A stretch of DNA of 64,000 nucleotides from the human T2T-CHM13v2.0 reference genome, Homo sapiens: assembly GCF_009914755.1 (NCBI RefSeq), contig NC_060936.1, one strand, 5' to 3'. A program made the position numbers and the translations under genes. The notes below the pieces were generated by a model that saw only the letters and a program-made list of their open reading frames with translations, ran no database searches and had not been told where the DNA came from. Positions 11,940 to 25,672 of the stretch are shown here, piece after piece. Within the stretch, counting starts at the first letter, position 1. Every line of letters begins with the position of its first letter.

Positions 11940-14900
11940 CAGTCTTTTATCATATGTGTCATTTGCAAATAGTTTTGCGATAGTCTGAGGCTTTATTGTT
12001 CTCTTGATACTGTCTTTTGCAAAGCATAAGTTTTAAATTCAAATCCAACCTATCAATAATTTATTATCTAAAAACTTATCAACATACCTAAGGTCATCCT
12101 GATTTTCTCATATGTTATCTTCTAGGACTTTTATAGCTTTGCATTTTACATTTAGGTCTGTAATCCATTTTGATTTAATTTTTGTGAAGAATATAAAGTC
12201 TGTGTCTAGATTTCTTTAGTGCATTTGGGTAGTTTTTCCAACACCATTTGTTAAAAGACTATGTGTTCTCCATTGTATAACCTTTGCTCCTTTGTCAAAG
12301 ATGAGTTGCCTATATTTATGTGGATCTATTTGTAATATCTCTATTATGTTCCATTGATCTATTTTTCTATTCTTTTTTCAATACCACACTGTCTTGATTA
12401 CTGTAGCTAATATTACTATAGTAATTCTTGAAGTCAGGTACTGCCAGTCTTTGACTTTGTTCTTTTCCTTCAATGCTGAGTTAGTTTTTCCAGGTGTTTT
12501 GCCTCTCTATAAAACTTTAGATTAAGTTTACAGTATCCACAAAGTAACCTACTGGAATTTTGATTGGTATTGGATTGAATCTATAGATCAAATTAGAAAG
12601 AACTGACATCTTGACAATATTGAGTTTTCCTAACCAGGAAATACAATCTCTCTCTATTTAGTTCATCTTTGATTTCTTTCATCAGAGTTTAATATCTTTT
12701 AAATAGATCTTAACACAAATTTTGTTAGAGTTATACTTAAATATTTTATTTTGCGTAGAGTTGGTAAGGTAAATGTTTATGTGTTTTTAGTTTCAAATTC
12801 TATTTGTTCATTGCTGTTATATAAGAAAGCAATTGACACTTGTATACTACTCTTATATATTAAAACTTTGCAACAGCCATGTTGTAACACACAGAAGAAT
12901 GTGTTCCAGGAGTGTTTTAGACTATTCTTTCAGTTTTTTTCTACATAGAAAATCATTTTACCTGTGAACAAAGAGAGTATTATTTCTTCCTTCCCTATGT
13001 GTGTGTCTTTTTTTTTCCTTATCTTATTGCATTAGCTAGGACTTTCAGTATGATGTTTAAGAGAAGAGGCGAGGGGCGACATCTTTGCCTTGTTCTTGAT
13101 TTCAACAAGAAAGCTTCAACTTTCTTACCATTAAATACGAGGTTAGCTGTAAATGTGTGCATTATTTTATCAAGTTGAGGAAGTTCTCCTTTATTCCTAG
13201 GTTGCTCAGAAATTTTAATCTTGAATCAGTATTGGGTTTTCTTAACTGATTTTTTTTTTTGTATCTGTAGATATAATCATTACATTTTTTTCTTTTGCCT
13301 TTTGATGTGACAGAACACAGTAATTAATTGTCAAATGTTGAACCAGCCTTGGGTTTAGCATGGGCTAAACCCCAATTGGTCATAGTGTATAATTTTTAAA
13401 TAAATTTTTAATTTTGATTCGCTAATGTTTCTTGAGGATTTTTGCATCTATGTTTATGTGAAATAGTGGTCTGCAGTTTGCATTTGTAATGAGTCTTTTT
13501 GGTTTTGGTATTAGGGTAATTATGTCCTCGTAGAATGAGTTAGGAAATAATTTTCCTGCCTCTATCTTGTGGAGGAGATTATAGAGAAATAATATAATTT
13601 TTTCCTAAATATTTCATAGGATTTTCCAGTAAACCCATCTGGGCTTAGCACTTTCTGCTTTGAAAAGTTATTATTTTCATCTGTTTCTTTAATAGATACA
13701 ATACTATTAAGGTTATTTTTGATTGTTTGAGTTTCAGCAGATATCTTTCAAGTAACCAGTTTCATTTCATCTGGGTTATCAATTTTGTGGGCTAAACATT
13801 GTTCATAGTATTCTCATATTATCTTTTTAATATCCATGGGATCTGTAATGGTGTTCCCTCTTTCATTTCTGATATTAATAATGGCTTCTTCTTTTTTTCT
13901 CAATTATCCTGGCTAGAGGTTTATCAATTTTATTATATTTTCAAAGAAACAGCTTTTGGTTCTATTAATTCTTTCTATTGATTTCCTGTTTTTAATTTTA
14001 TTAATTTCTGCTCTAATTTTTATTATTTGTTTTCTTTTACTGATACTGAATTTTATTTACTCTTTCTAGTTCCCTAAGATAGAAATTTAGATAATTATTT
14101 TTTAATCTTTCTTACTTTCTAATACATATTCAGTGCTAAAAATTTTACTGTTTCTGCTGCATTGCACAAATTTTTATAAGTTGTATTTTAATTTAGCTCA
14201 AAATATTTAAAATTTATCTTGAGATTTTTGGACCCATGCATTATTTAGAAATATGTTTTTTAAATCATATCTTTTAAATTAATATATAATAGTTGTACAT
14301 ATTTTTGGAGTACATGTGATAATTTGATACCTGTATATAATGTGTAATTACCATTTCAGAGTAATTAGGATATCATCACTTTGAATGTTTATTTTTTGTG
14401 TGTTGAAAACAGTACAATTCTTCTCTTCTAGCTATTTAAAAACATGTGAGTTATATTTAACTATAATTTCTCTACTGCATTGTTGAATACTAGAACTTGT
14501 TTCCTTTTATCTAACGGTATTTTTGTATCCCTTAGCTACTCTTCATCTCTCTTCCCCTCTACAAGTACTTTGTTTAATCTCCAAATATTTTATTTCCAGT
14601 TACCTTTATGTTATTAATTTCTAGCTTTATTCCATTGTGATCTTAGAAAAGATATTGTATGACTTCTGTTGCTTTGCTTTGTTTTAGTTTATGAAGGTGT
14701 GGTTTTTTAGCCTAGCTGTATACCATCTTGATGAATGTTTCATGTGAGCTTGAGAAGAATGTGTATTCTGTTGCTGTATTATACAAAGTCTATAGAGGTC
14801 AATAATATATGTCCTTACTGATTTTCCATTTCCTGAATCTGTCCATTTTGGATAGCAGGGGGTTGAAATTTCCATTTATAGTAGTTGGTTCATCTATTTT

Positions 14901-15060
14901 TATTTGAAGTTTTATCAGCTTCTGTCTTATGTATCTTGCTGATCTATTGTTAGGTGCATACACAATAAGGATTGTTATGTTGTCTTGGGCAATTGAGTCC
15001 TTTATTATTATGCCTCTCTTTATCCATGACAACTATCCTCAATTTGAAGTTTGAAATTAA
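11940..15060 (-). mobile_element. Old L1M (L1MB/MC-like) ORF2 region, interrupted by an L1MA fragment
   Basis: Continuous antisense ORF2 similarity; ORF-track peptide at 14799-15032 (SIAQDNITILIVYAPNNRSARYIRQKL) resembles the L1 endonuclease. Confidence 0.88.
14270..14560 (-). mobile_element. L1MA 3' UTR fragment nested in the older L1M
   Basis: ATAGTTGTACATATTTTTGGAGTACATGTGATAATTTGATAC is the L1MA 3' terminus; host L1 resumes near 14561. Confidence 0.8.
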
Positions 15061-15379
15061 ATTTTTGTCTCTTGATTTTCGCAGGGTGCCAATGAGATAA
15101 TAAAGTGATGAATTTCATAAAAGCAGTGGTATGAATATGTGTTTTTCTGGGAAAATATGTTAGGAAATGGAGCAGGAACTTCAAAACTTGATATACTTCA
15201 CAACACACAGATATAAGCTTGCCTTGTTAAAAAATGTCCTGGTTACAGTTTTAAATTCAGTGTTCCATAATCAGTTTTCTTTAATGAAGATAAAATTTTT
15301 TATCAAATATTAAGTAACTGGATATGTGAATTAATTCATTGTTTAATGATATGAGTCATTAATTTAGTAGATTTTCTTT

Positions 15380-15715
15380 ACTTATGAACAACAGAAATTA
15401 ATTTCTCATAGTTATGGGGGATGGAAGTCCAAGATGAAAGTGCTAGCAGATTTGGTGTCTGGGGAAGTCTTGATTCTTGGTTCACAGATGGAACCTTCTC
15501 ACTATGTCTTCACATGGTGAAAGGAGATTGGGGTTTCTCTTGGGACTCTTTTATAGGGGAACTAATCCCAGATCACCATGATCTAATGACCTCCCACACC
15601 CCCCATCCTTATGATCTAATCACTTCTCAAAGCCCCTACCTCCTAAAACAATCACCTTGGGTGTTAGAATTGTAAAATATGAATTTGTGGAAGACATAAA
15701 CATTCAGACCTAGCA
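15380..15715 (-). mobile_element. MSTD/MLT1A-type MaLR LTR (partial)
   Basis: AACAACAGAAATTAATTTCTCATAGTT..GGAAGTCCAAGAT ... ACATAAACATTCAGACCTAGCA. Confidence 0.82.
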
Positions 15716-17189
15716 TCTTTGGTATTCCCTTATTCCATGAGGGTGGTAAGGATCAGCTCAGGTGAATGCTGTGCACACAGTGGATCACAGCTAAAGAATC
15801 TCAATTTTAAGAAACTCCCATTCTTATAAGAGGGATGCTACCAACCTGCCTAACATTTTCCCTGGTGGGGAAAATTATCTCTATTATTTCTTTTACAATG
15901 ATTTTTTTTTTTGACTTTTTTTTTTAACTGTTTTTTTTTTTTTTTACTATTACCTTTATTGCCCTGATTGGGAAACAAATATCCAGGGGGAGTCATTATC
16001 TATTTTTTGAATATGTATTTTCATCTATTATTTTAAATTCAGGGGGCATATGTGCAGGTTTGTTACATGGGTACATTGCATGGTGCTGAGGTTAAGGGTA
16101 CAACTGATCTCATCACCCAGGTAGTGAGCATAGTAGTCAACATTTTTTCAACCCTTGCCCCCCTTCCTCCATCACTCCTCTAGCAGTCCCCAATGTCGAT
16201 TGTTGCCATCTTTATGTTTATAAGCCTTCATTGTTTAGCTCACACTTATAAGTGAGAATATGTGGTTTTTGGTTTTCTGTTCTTGCTTTAATTCACTTAG
16301 GATAATGGTCTCCAGCTGGATCCATGCTGCTGCAAAAGACATGATTTCATTAATTTTATGGCTGCATAGTATTCCATGATGCATATGAGCCACATTCTTT
16401 TTATCCAATCCACCGTTGATGGGTAATTAGGTTAATTCCATGTCTTTGCTATTATGCATAGTGCTGTGATGACTATATGACTGTGTGTGTCTTTTTACTA
16501 GAACAATTTATTTTTCTTTTGTATCTATACCCAATAATGGGATTACTGGGTAGAATGGTAAGTTCTATTTTAAGTTGTTTGAGAAAATCTCCAGTTTTCC
16601 ACAGTGCTGAAATAATTTGCATTCCCACCCACAATGTATAAGCATTCCCTTTTCTCCTCAGCCTCACCAGCATCTATTATTTTGTGATGTTTTAGTAATA
16701 GCCATTCTGACTGACGTAAAGTGGTACCTCTTTGTGGTTTTGATTTACATTTCTCTGATGGTTAGTGATAGCATTTTTTTCATACGTTTGTTGGTTACAT
16801 GTGTGTCTTTTATTGAGAGGTATCTGTTCATGTCTTTTACCCATTTTTTAATTGTTTTTGTTTGTTTGTTTTTTGCTTGTTGACTTGTTTAGGTTTCTTA
16901 TATATTCTGAATGTTAAGTTTTTGTCAGATGCGTGGTTTGTGAATATTTTCTCCCATTCTGTAGGTTTTCTGTTTACCCTGTTGATAATTTCATTTGCTG
17001 TGCAGAAGCTCTTTAATTTAATTAGCTCCCACTTGTCAATTTTTGTTTTTGTTGTAATTGCTTCTGACCATCTCTATCTGTTCACTATAAAAACATCCTT
17101 GAAAAAGTAGTCCAGAAAAAAAACAACTGTAATGCCTCTTTTAAAAACATGCAGCAATGTAAGAGACCATGGAGAATTCCCTCCCAACG
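15716..17189 (-). mobile_element. ERVL-class LTR (LTR40-like), split by an L1 insertion at ~16004-17068
   Basis: CTTATAAGAGGG..CCTGCCTAAC and GGAAACAAAT in the left part; AAACATCCTTGAAAA..AGTCC and GAGACCATGGAGAATT.CCTCCCAAC in the right part. Confidence 0.55.
16004..17068 (-). mobile_element. L1PA15/16-like 3' fragment (~1.06 kb)
   Basis: GGGCATATGTGCAGGTTTGTTACATGGGT..GCTGAGGTT..ATCACCCAGGTAGTGAGCATAGT; ORF2 C-terminal similarity; approximate TSD CATTATCTAT / CATCTCTAT. Confidence 0.88.
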
Positions 17190-17204
17190 TGTAATTTTAA
17201 ATAA

Positions 17205-18110
17205 ATTATTTCATATATGTTTATGGCACTCAGGGTATTATAAGGTACAGGAAATAATGCAGAGGCATCTCTTGCCTGGATTAATGGGTATAGCTGACAG
17301 CAGTGAATAAAATAGGTTTATTTCACAGAGCTTATATTCTAGTGGATAAGACAAGCATTAAAAACAATCAAATACACGTTATAAAATCAGTAATAAATAA
17401 AGAGTGGGCAATAGACTGGACGAAGATAGGAAATAGCTATGTTAGGAGAAGTGAGCAGAAAAATTCTCTCTGAGTAAGAGGCCTTGGAATAAAAACCTAA
17501 ATAATTACAGAGAGGACTATGTAAATATCTGAAACAAAATTATTCCATGAAGAAATAATGTATACAAAGTTTGAAGACAAGGGTCTACTTGTCATGCTGA
17601 AGGACTAGTAATGAGACTAATTTGGCCAAGAGGAATGGGGTAAAGGAGAGAAAGAAGAAAGGAGGCAAGAGAGGTATACTGGGGCAGCTTTCTTAGGGTC
17701 TTATATACCAGATAATTTTTTTTTATTATTATTTACTTCTGAGCGAAATGGGAAAACCTTGGAAAGTTTTGAGTGACATGATCTGACTCATAATTTTGGA
17801 TACTGCCTCCCACTGCTTTCTGCAGTCCAAAAGGTGGGAAGATACAGTTGAAAAAAGGTAGATCAGTTTAGGCAGATTGCAATAGTGAGAGCTTTGTCAG
17901 ACAGTTAGAATAGTAAAGATTTTGGACATATTTTAAAGTTGTAGCCATAAACATTTATTAGTGGATTGAATGAGGAATATGAGCAAGAGAAAGAGGCAAG
18001 GATGAGTCCAGGGATTTTGAAAGTCGCAACTAGAAGAATAAATGGGGGCTCTGAGAAGAAATTATTTTTGAAGAAAAATCAAAATTCCAAATTTTGGACA
18101 TGTGAAGCTT
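17205..18110 (-). mobile_element. L2 fragment
   Basis: AGAGCTTATATTCTAGTGG, GAGTGACATGATCTGACT and TTTTGGACATGT are antisense L2 motifs. Confidence 0.75.
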
Positions 18111-18325
18111 CAACTATTTTTTTCTTATCCAAGAAAATACTTTGCTAAGGAGCTAGTGAGCAGCAAGAACTCCTATCCCTTTCAAACAGGGAAGTTGAGA
18201 ATGTATACAAATTGTCATTTAGAAGGTAATAATATAGTTACCTATTAACAAAAATTAGAATGCATTTAAAGAATCCCAGGTTTTGAATTGATAATCCCAA
18301 ATAATTTATAAAACATGTCTTTGAG

Positions 18326-18688
<363 letters not shown>

Positions 18689-19154
18689 TTAATTTCAAGT
18701 GTTATGAGAGTTGAGAAATCCATAGATTAATTGCAGATACTTATCATTTCTTTCAAATATAGATGTAAATAAACTGAGAGCAAGAACTACTAAAAGAATT
18801 TGAGTTACTTTTCTGCTGTGAGGAATCAAAGCATTATATTTTCTCTAAATCTTTGGAAAAGACCTTGAAACTAATTGCTCTCGGCTGCTTTTAAGTTAAA
18901 ATTAATAGAACTTCCCTTTTTTTCCCCTGCTGTCTTTAAAACATTAGCATCTGATTGTAAAGTCCTTATTGATGATTTTATGGTAAAACGGAAATAAAGT
19001 TTATATGAAATAAAAAGCTCATTAAGAATTTGCCACAAAGTTTGAGCTAAACATTAAACCCAGCATATCAAGAGAGTAAACATTTACCAGTGTCTCAAAA
19101 GATGAGCGAAGATGCAAACTTTGTAGACTGCCAATAGTTTATTATTTTGACCTT

Positions 19155-19420
19155 AATAATTCATTCATCAATATTTACTTCCTAAGTATAGGGAATATGA
19201 CTGTGATCAACAAAGAGTCTCTACCTACCTTTCAAATATCCCATGGGGTCATAAGCAAGTAAATAGAGAATTGAAATTCATGGGGATTAAGTGTTAAACA
19301 TGGGGTAAACAGAGGCTTAACACTTAATCCAGTCTTGTTTATCAGGAAAGTGTTCCCAGAGAAATGACATCTGAACTGATCCTTAAATAATGCAGTCGTT
19401 AGCCTAGTAAAGAGGGGAGC
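19155..19420 (-). mobile_element. L2 3' fragment
   Basis: ATTCATTCATCAATATTTA and GGAAAGTGTTCCCAGAGAAATGACATCTGAACTGA. Confidence 0.6.
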
Positions 19421-19469
19421 GAGACACATCATGCAGGTAGTGGTCAGGGCTAGAAGGACATTGCTTCAA

Positions 19470-19775
19470 GTATTTCTATGGTTTACTCCTTCTCATCATA
19501 TAAGTCTAAGCCTTCAGGGAGGGTTTCCTGACAACTGTATCCAGATTTGTCCTTTTCAATCTCATTCTACTTTTTTCTCCAACTTAGTACCCTGTCTTAT
19601 TTATTAATATTTTAGAGCACTTATACTTCTCTGAAACTAGCTTATTATTTTTAATTTACCCACCTTTTACTCAACTGGAGTATAAGCTAGTGCCAGTCTT
19701 TTTATAATCATTGTGTCTATTGCTTCAAACAAGTCATACATGTAGTTGGTACTCTTTGAATATTTATCAATTTAT
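19470..19775 (+). mobile_element. L2 3' fragment
   Basis: CAGGGAGGGTTTCCTGACAAC, AGCACTTAT, CATGTAGTTGGTACTC..AATATTTA. Confidence 0.6.
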
Positions 19776-20189
19776 CAAACACGTAAAAGACCAGAAAGAC
19801 CAAAGGTACAAATAGTTTAGATCTCTTGGAGAAATCCAAGCAGTTTTACTAGAATGCAACATGAGAAAAACGAACCATCCTTTTTTTCTGTTTCGAAAAA
19901 TATTGTTGGTTACAACGGGGACTAGGAAGAATGAGGCTGGATCAGTGACCACTGATCATAAAGGAAAACAAGAGAAGAGCACATTCTATTGAAAGTGAGA
20001 TTCTTAGATTTGAAAAACTAGCAATTGGTTTATAATATAATCAATATGACTTACAATTCTCCATAATCTGAACTTACCCTGTGATTTTACAACTATTCCT
20101 TTGTAAGTCTATTGCTTCTTCCACTCCATTCCAATTTATACCTCTCGATATCTTTCATTTTGGAATTCAAACAATCTAAAGCCTGTCGC

Positions 20190-20430
20190 AAAGCCATTTC
20201 TACTACAGTGTCTTCCTATAACTCTCCCTAAGGCAAAAAAAAAAAAAAAGCTCCCCATTTTCATTTGTTTTGTAGCCAATGCAACATATGGCAACACTGA
20301 CTTGGATGATACTTGATTCATGTAATAATTTATCTCCCAGCATAGGCCAGAAATTTTACTTTTGCATATTTGTACCATTGGAATCCCTTTTCAGTGTACA
20401 AATATTTGATAAACATTTATCAGTTTGGAT
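20190..20430 (+). mobile_element. Degenerate L2 3' end containing the probable donor of the 82-bp inverted copy
   Basis: Collinear but weak similarity to the L2 tail through to TGATAAACATTTATC. Confidence 0.45.
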
Positions 20431-20601
20431 TAGAAGACAACTGCTATGCAGTTCCAGTATTCTCTAGCAGTTTACTAGTGAAAAGTAAGCCAGAACAAAT
20501 GTCATGATTCCAGTAACATGAGTATCCAAGAGCTAAATCATTTCAGTGATGTTGGTAAGTGAAAATCACTAGAGAAAATCTATAATTTGTAATACTAGTG
20601 A

Positions 20602-20738
20602 CTCATAGAAATTGGGAGGGAAGGCTCATTGAAGTCAGTTTGTCCAATACCCTCCCTCTTTTTATAGATGTGGAAACTAAAGTCACAATAAACCAAGAGT
20701 CCAGGGCTTCCAACCTCTGGTTCAGTGGCCTTTCCATC
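20602..20738 (-). mobile_element. MIR3/MIR fragment
   Basis: TTTTATAGATGTGGAAACTAAAG and CTCTGGTTCAGTGGCCTTTCCA. Confidence 0.6.
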
Positions 20739-22904
20739 CTTTACTAAATTACATGATTAAATAACCTCTAAAGCCAAAGATTTTAAATTAATGATTTAAT
20801 AGTTTGATCCAGATAAAATTTTTTTAGATTGTTTTTATACTCCCTAACTTGAATGAATTAAAATCATTACCTTCAGATGGCTTAGTTAAGTTTTTCAATC
20901 AAATAACTTTCTTTTTATTTTGGTATACTAATGACCTACAAAATTTACTGGAGTATTATGGCATTGGATTTCAGGATATTCCATAAATAAATAAAAATTT
21001 AACAATGTTTATTCTTATTTATACTTTTAAACTATTCTGTTTTGTCAAATTTAAAGGTGATTAAAAAACAAAAGGCGCATTGCAAAATAGCTTGAAAGAT
21101 CCAAAAAATCTATCATTAAGTTAAAAATATCATGCATTTGCCAGCATCTCATTATCATTTAATGAAAAATAGAACAAGCTCTGCTTTAAGATTAAAGGGT
21201 TTTCAAAAATCAGATATGTATTTTTGGTACCTTAAAAATATACAATATTGGTCCTAATTTAAATCTTGCTGCTATAATCTTTAAATATTAGTAGGTCTTA
21301 AGTGCAGTTATACTCTTTGGACCACAAAATCTGCCTGTATTTTAGAAAAGATTAATTTAACAACAAGGCCTTAATTTAATACAATTCAGAGTAATAGGTC
21401 TTTTGGACAAATATAATATGCAGTCAATTAGTTCAACATTACATATACATTTCCCTTTTAATTCTGTCATTTTTTAGACATGTTTTAGTAATCTCTATTC
21501 AAAGACAGAATTTATAAAGCTGAAACTATTGGATAAAAAATAAATATGCTAAAGACAATTTTTTCTATGGACATCTTTAGTAAGTGGTGATAGCAGAAGC
21601 AATTAAACAAAAGAGGGAGAATATGAAGAAAACCTGTTCTTTCTAGCAGAAGTTAAAAACAAGCCTAGGAAAAATGATACTAAAATGGCGGCATGACCAC
21701 TAAAGATATTTGTTTCTCAAACAAAAGTCTCACAATTTTTTACTCTAGGAAACAACTTACGTGGCTTTTTGTCTCTTTTGAAAGAGTGACTTAGGAATAT
21801 CTCCTTCAATTTCAGTCATACATAAATCCTGAATGTATTCATATCCTAAGCTGCAATTAATAAAGTGGAACAGACATTTCACAGAAGAAAAAATACATAT
21901 TTAAGGTTTAATATTTTTCTTTCATTTATTAATTCATAGGCCTGCTGGTGTGTCTCCACTGTTTCACTATGTTTACAAATAACCTGATTCCTGTGGTAGT
22001 TTTTATTCAAACTCAAGAAAGATTTAAACCTAAAAATCAGGGTAATATTAGTCACTTGACAATTGTGGTCAGTTTATATTCTACTAACATATTTAGTTGA
22101 ATATGTCAAAAATAAAAACAAGAATTTATTTATTTTTTGTATATTTATTTTCTCAATAGCAATGTAAAACAATTATCCTTTTTATATAAGCTGTTTTCCC
22201 CCTAGAAACCCATGGCCAAAATAGGTGTTGAATTACAAATAAAGTGTATCAATTAAGTGATATTACAAAATTTAAGCATTTCTCCCCAAATTAGCTTTGT
22301 ATGCTCATCCAAGCATAACTGCTATATCTTCAAGTTTCCTAGCATTCTAAAACCATCTTTCTTTTTTTTATTTATGTAAAATAACTTCTTAATTCTTCCA
22401 CTTCAAATTATAGGAAGCCTGACATCCTTCTCAATATTTCTATGGATCCTGGGGAAATACTTGTATGTTCTTGTAGGTTAACCATTGTGTTGCTCCTTAG
22501 TTCTTAATTGTCTCAGGCTGTCTTGTGATGGGTTCTGTGTGGGGCTCAGCTACCTTGGTCCTCTCTCTCTCTTTTTTACTCAGTAGCTTTGTTGTGACAT
22601 AATTGACATAAAATTCTTCATACGTAATTCTCACATACAACAAACTCTATGGATAATACAACTCTCAAATAAAACAAACTTGGCTTAATTAATTTATTCC
22701 CATCTCCTAGTTCTCTTGGAAAAAAAAAACATGAGAGCAAGCTCTTTTCTCTCCTACAGGTGGCAATTTGTGGGGGGTATAACAGTTATGAAGTGTGGAA
22801 TAAGTTGAAGTTAAATTTAAGATGCTAATCTTCACAGCTACCTGTGGGCATTTCTGCTATAGAAAAATCCAGCCTTCTCATTACTGAGCCTCTGGTTTGC
22901 AGAC

Positions 22905-25175
22905 TGTATTAGTTTGTCCTCATGCTGCTATGAGGAAATACTGAGATTGGGCAACTTATAAAGAAAGGAGGTTTAATTGAATCAGTTCTATATAGCTAGG
23001 GAAGCCTCAGGAAACTTATAATCGTGGTGGAAGGCACCTTTTCATAGAATGGCAGGAGAGAGAATTAGTGCTGAGTGAAAGGAGAAGCCCCTGATAAAAC
23101 CATCAGATTTTGTGAGAACTTACTCACTATCATGAGAACAGCATGAGGGAAAGCTCCCCGATGATTCAATTATCTCCACCTGGTACCACCCTTAACACAT
23201 GAGGATTATGACAATTCAAGGTGAGATTTGGGTGGGGATACAGAGCCAAACCATTTTATTCAACCCCAGGCCCCTCCCAAATCTCTTGTCCTCACATTTC
23301 AAAACAAATTATGCCCTTCCAATAGCCCCCCAAAGACTTAACTCATTCCAGCAGTAACCCAAAAGTCCAAGTCTGAAGTGTCAACTGAGACAAGTCAAGT
23401 CCCTTCCACCTATGAGCCTGTAAAATCAAAAGCAAGTTAGTTACTTCCTACATACAATGGGCATTCAGGAATTGGGTAAATACATCCATTCCAAATGGGA
23501 CAAATTGGCCAAGACAAAGAGGCTACAGGCCCCATGTAAGTTCAAAATACAACAGGGCAGTCAATAAACCTTAAAGTTTCAAAATGATCTCCTTTGACTC
23601 CATGTCTCACCTCCAGGGCATGCTGATGCAAAATGTGGGCTCCCACGGCCTTGGTCAGCTCTACCCCTGTGGGTTTGCAGTGTAGAGACCCCCTCATAAG
23701 TGCTTTATGAGCTGGCATTGAGTGTCTGTGGCTTTTCCAGGCATACAATGCAAGCTGTTGGTGGATCTACCATTCTGGGGTCTAGAGGATGGTGGCCCTC
23801 TTCTTACTGCTTCACTAGGCAGTGCCCCCTTTGGGACTCTGTGTGAGAGCTATGACACCACATTTCTCTTTACACTGCCCTGGCAGGGGTTCTCCATGAG
23901 GGCTCCACCCCTGCAGCAAACTTCTGCCTAGACATTCAGGCATTTTCATATATACTTTGAAATGTAGGTGAAGGTTTCCCAAACTCAATTCTCGACTTCT
24001 CTGCAACCACAGGCCCAATACTATGTGTAAGCCACCAAGGCTTGGGACTTGTACCCTGTGAAGCAATGGCCCAAGCTGTATCTCAGCACCTTTTAGCAAT
24101 GACTAAAGTTGAAGCAGCTGGGACACAGAGCACCATGTTCCTATGCTGCATGGCAGAGGGGGGCCGTGGGCCTGGCCAACTGAACCATTTTTTTCCTCCT
24201 AGGTCTCTGAGCCTGTAATGTGAGCGGCTGCTGTGAACATCTCTGACATGCCCTGGAGACACTTTCCCCATTGTCTTGGGGATTAACATTTTGCTCCTCA
24301 TTACTTATGCAAATTTCTGCAGCTGGCTGTAATGTTTCCCCAGAAAGTGGGTTTTTCTCTTCTATTGCATGCTTAGGCTGCAAATTTTTCAAACTTTTAT
24401 GCTCTGCTTCCTCTTGAATGCTTTGCCTCTTAGAAATTTCTTCTGCCACATACACTAAATCATCTATCTCAGGTTCAAAGTTCCATAGATTTCCAGGGCA
24501 GGGGCAAAATGTCAACAGTCTCTTTGCTAAAGTATAGCAAGTATAACTTTTATTCCAATTTTCAACAAGTTTCTCCTCTCCATCTAAGACCACCTCAGCC
24601 TGGATTTCATTGTTCATTATCACTATTAGCATTTTGGTCAAAGCTATTCAATAAATTTCTAGGAAGTTCCAAACTTTCCCACACATTCCTGTCTTCTTCT
24701 GAGCCCTCCAAAATGTTCCAACCTCTGCCTGTTACCCAGTTTCAAAGTCTCTTCCACATTTTTGCTTATCTTTATAGCAGCACCCTCCTCCTTGTACCAA
24801 TTTACTGTATTAGTATGTTCTCATACTGCTATGAAGAAATACTTGAGACTGGATAATTTATAAAGAAAATTAGTTTAATTGACTCATAGTTCCACATGGC
24901 TGAGGAGGCCTCAGGAAACTCACAATCTTGGGGAAGGCAGCTCCACTAGGAAGAAGGGTGGCAGGGTTGCAAAAGAGAGAATGAGTGCTGATTGAAGGGG
25001 AAAGCCCCTTATAAAACCCATCAGATCTTGTTAGAACGCACTTAGTATCATGAGAACAGCATAGGGAAGCTTCTCCCATGATCCAGTTATCTCCATCTGA
25101 TCCTGCCCTTCAAATGTAGGGATTATTACAATTCAAGGTGAGATTTAGATTGGGACACAGAGCCAAACCATATCA
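22905..25175 (-). mobile_element. Two-LTR THE1 (THE1C/D-like) MaLR element: LTR 22905-23258, internal region 23259-24805, LTR 24806-25175
   Basis: Two direct ~360-bp LTRs (TGTATTAG...CCAAACCATATCA) flank THE1-int; ORF-track peptide at 24141-24641 (IQAEVVLDGEEKLVENWNK) is the MaLR internal ORF remnant; TSD degraded (CAGAC / CAACC). Confidence 0.93.
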
Positions 25176-25509
25176 CAACCCTATTGATGCATGTGACTTC
25201 TATGAGTCTCAGTTTAAGAAACACCAGAAACATTGACAGTAACATGTATGTTTGTTTATGATTTCATGTTTGTGAATTGAATTCCAAGGCAGAGTATAAG
25301 ATCAAATAATTTATAAGAAAGAAAGCAAAATATTTGTTCTTCCCCTTCTACAGGTTTGGTATTGTTTTTTCACCTTTTAGTAATACAAGTAAGGTTTAAT
25401 TGTGTTGTGTGGAATTCTTGTACCAATTCACTGGAAAGCATTGCATGAAGCCAGAATTTCCCCTTAACATTTGATAAATATAATTTTGAGTTGAGTGTTG
25501 TGTTTCTGT

Positions 25510-25672
25510 TTCTCAAAGAGTGATTCAAAGGTTACCTGCATTGGAAATTCAGAAGAGTTTTTGAGATAGATCTCTATGAGCCAACACAAATGTAAGGGAC
25601 TAGGACTTTTGTGGATTTTGCATTTTATTTGACTAAACTCCATAGATAATTCTCATATACAACACACTTGGC
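25510..25672. mobile_element. MER5-type hAT-Charlie relic
   Basis: TTTCTCAAAGAGTG..ACCTGCATTGGAA ... TGCATTTT..AACTCCATAGATAATTCTCAT. Confidence 0.5.

Noticed and set aside
24141-24641. 166-aa minus-strand ORF
   Set aside because: Remnant of the THE1 internal ORF, fragmented by stops and frameshifts.
22741-25360. Acceptor-like sites CTCCTACAG|G (~22759) and CTTCTACAG|G (~25352)
   Set aside because: No convincing paired donor or coding frame; such sites are common by chance.
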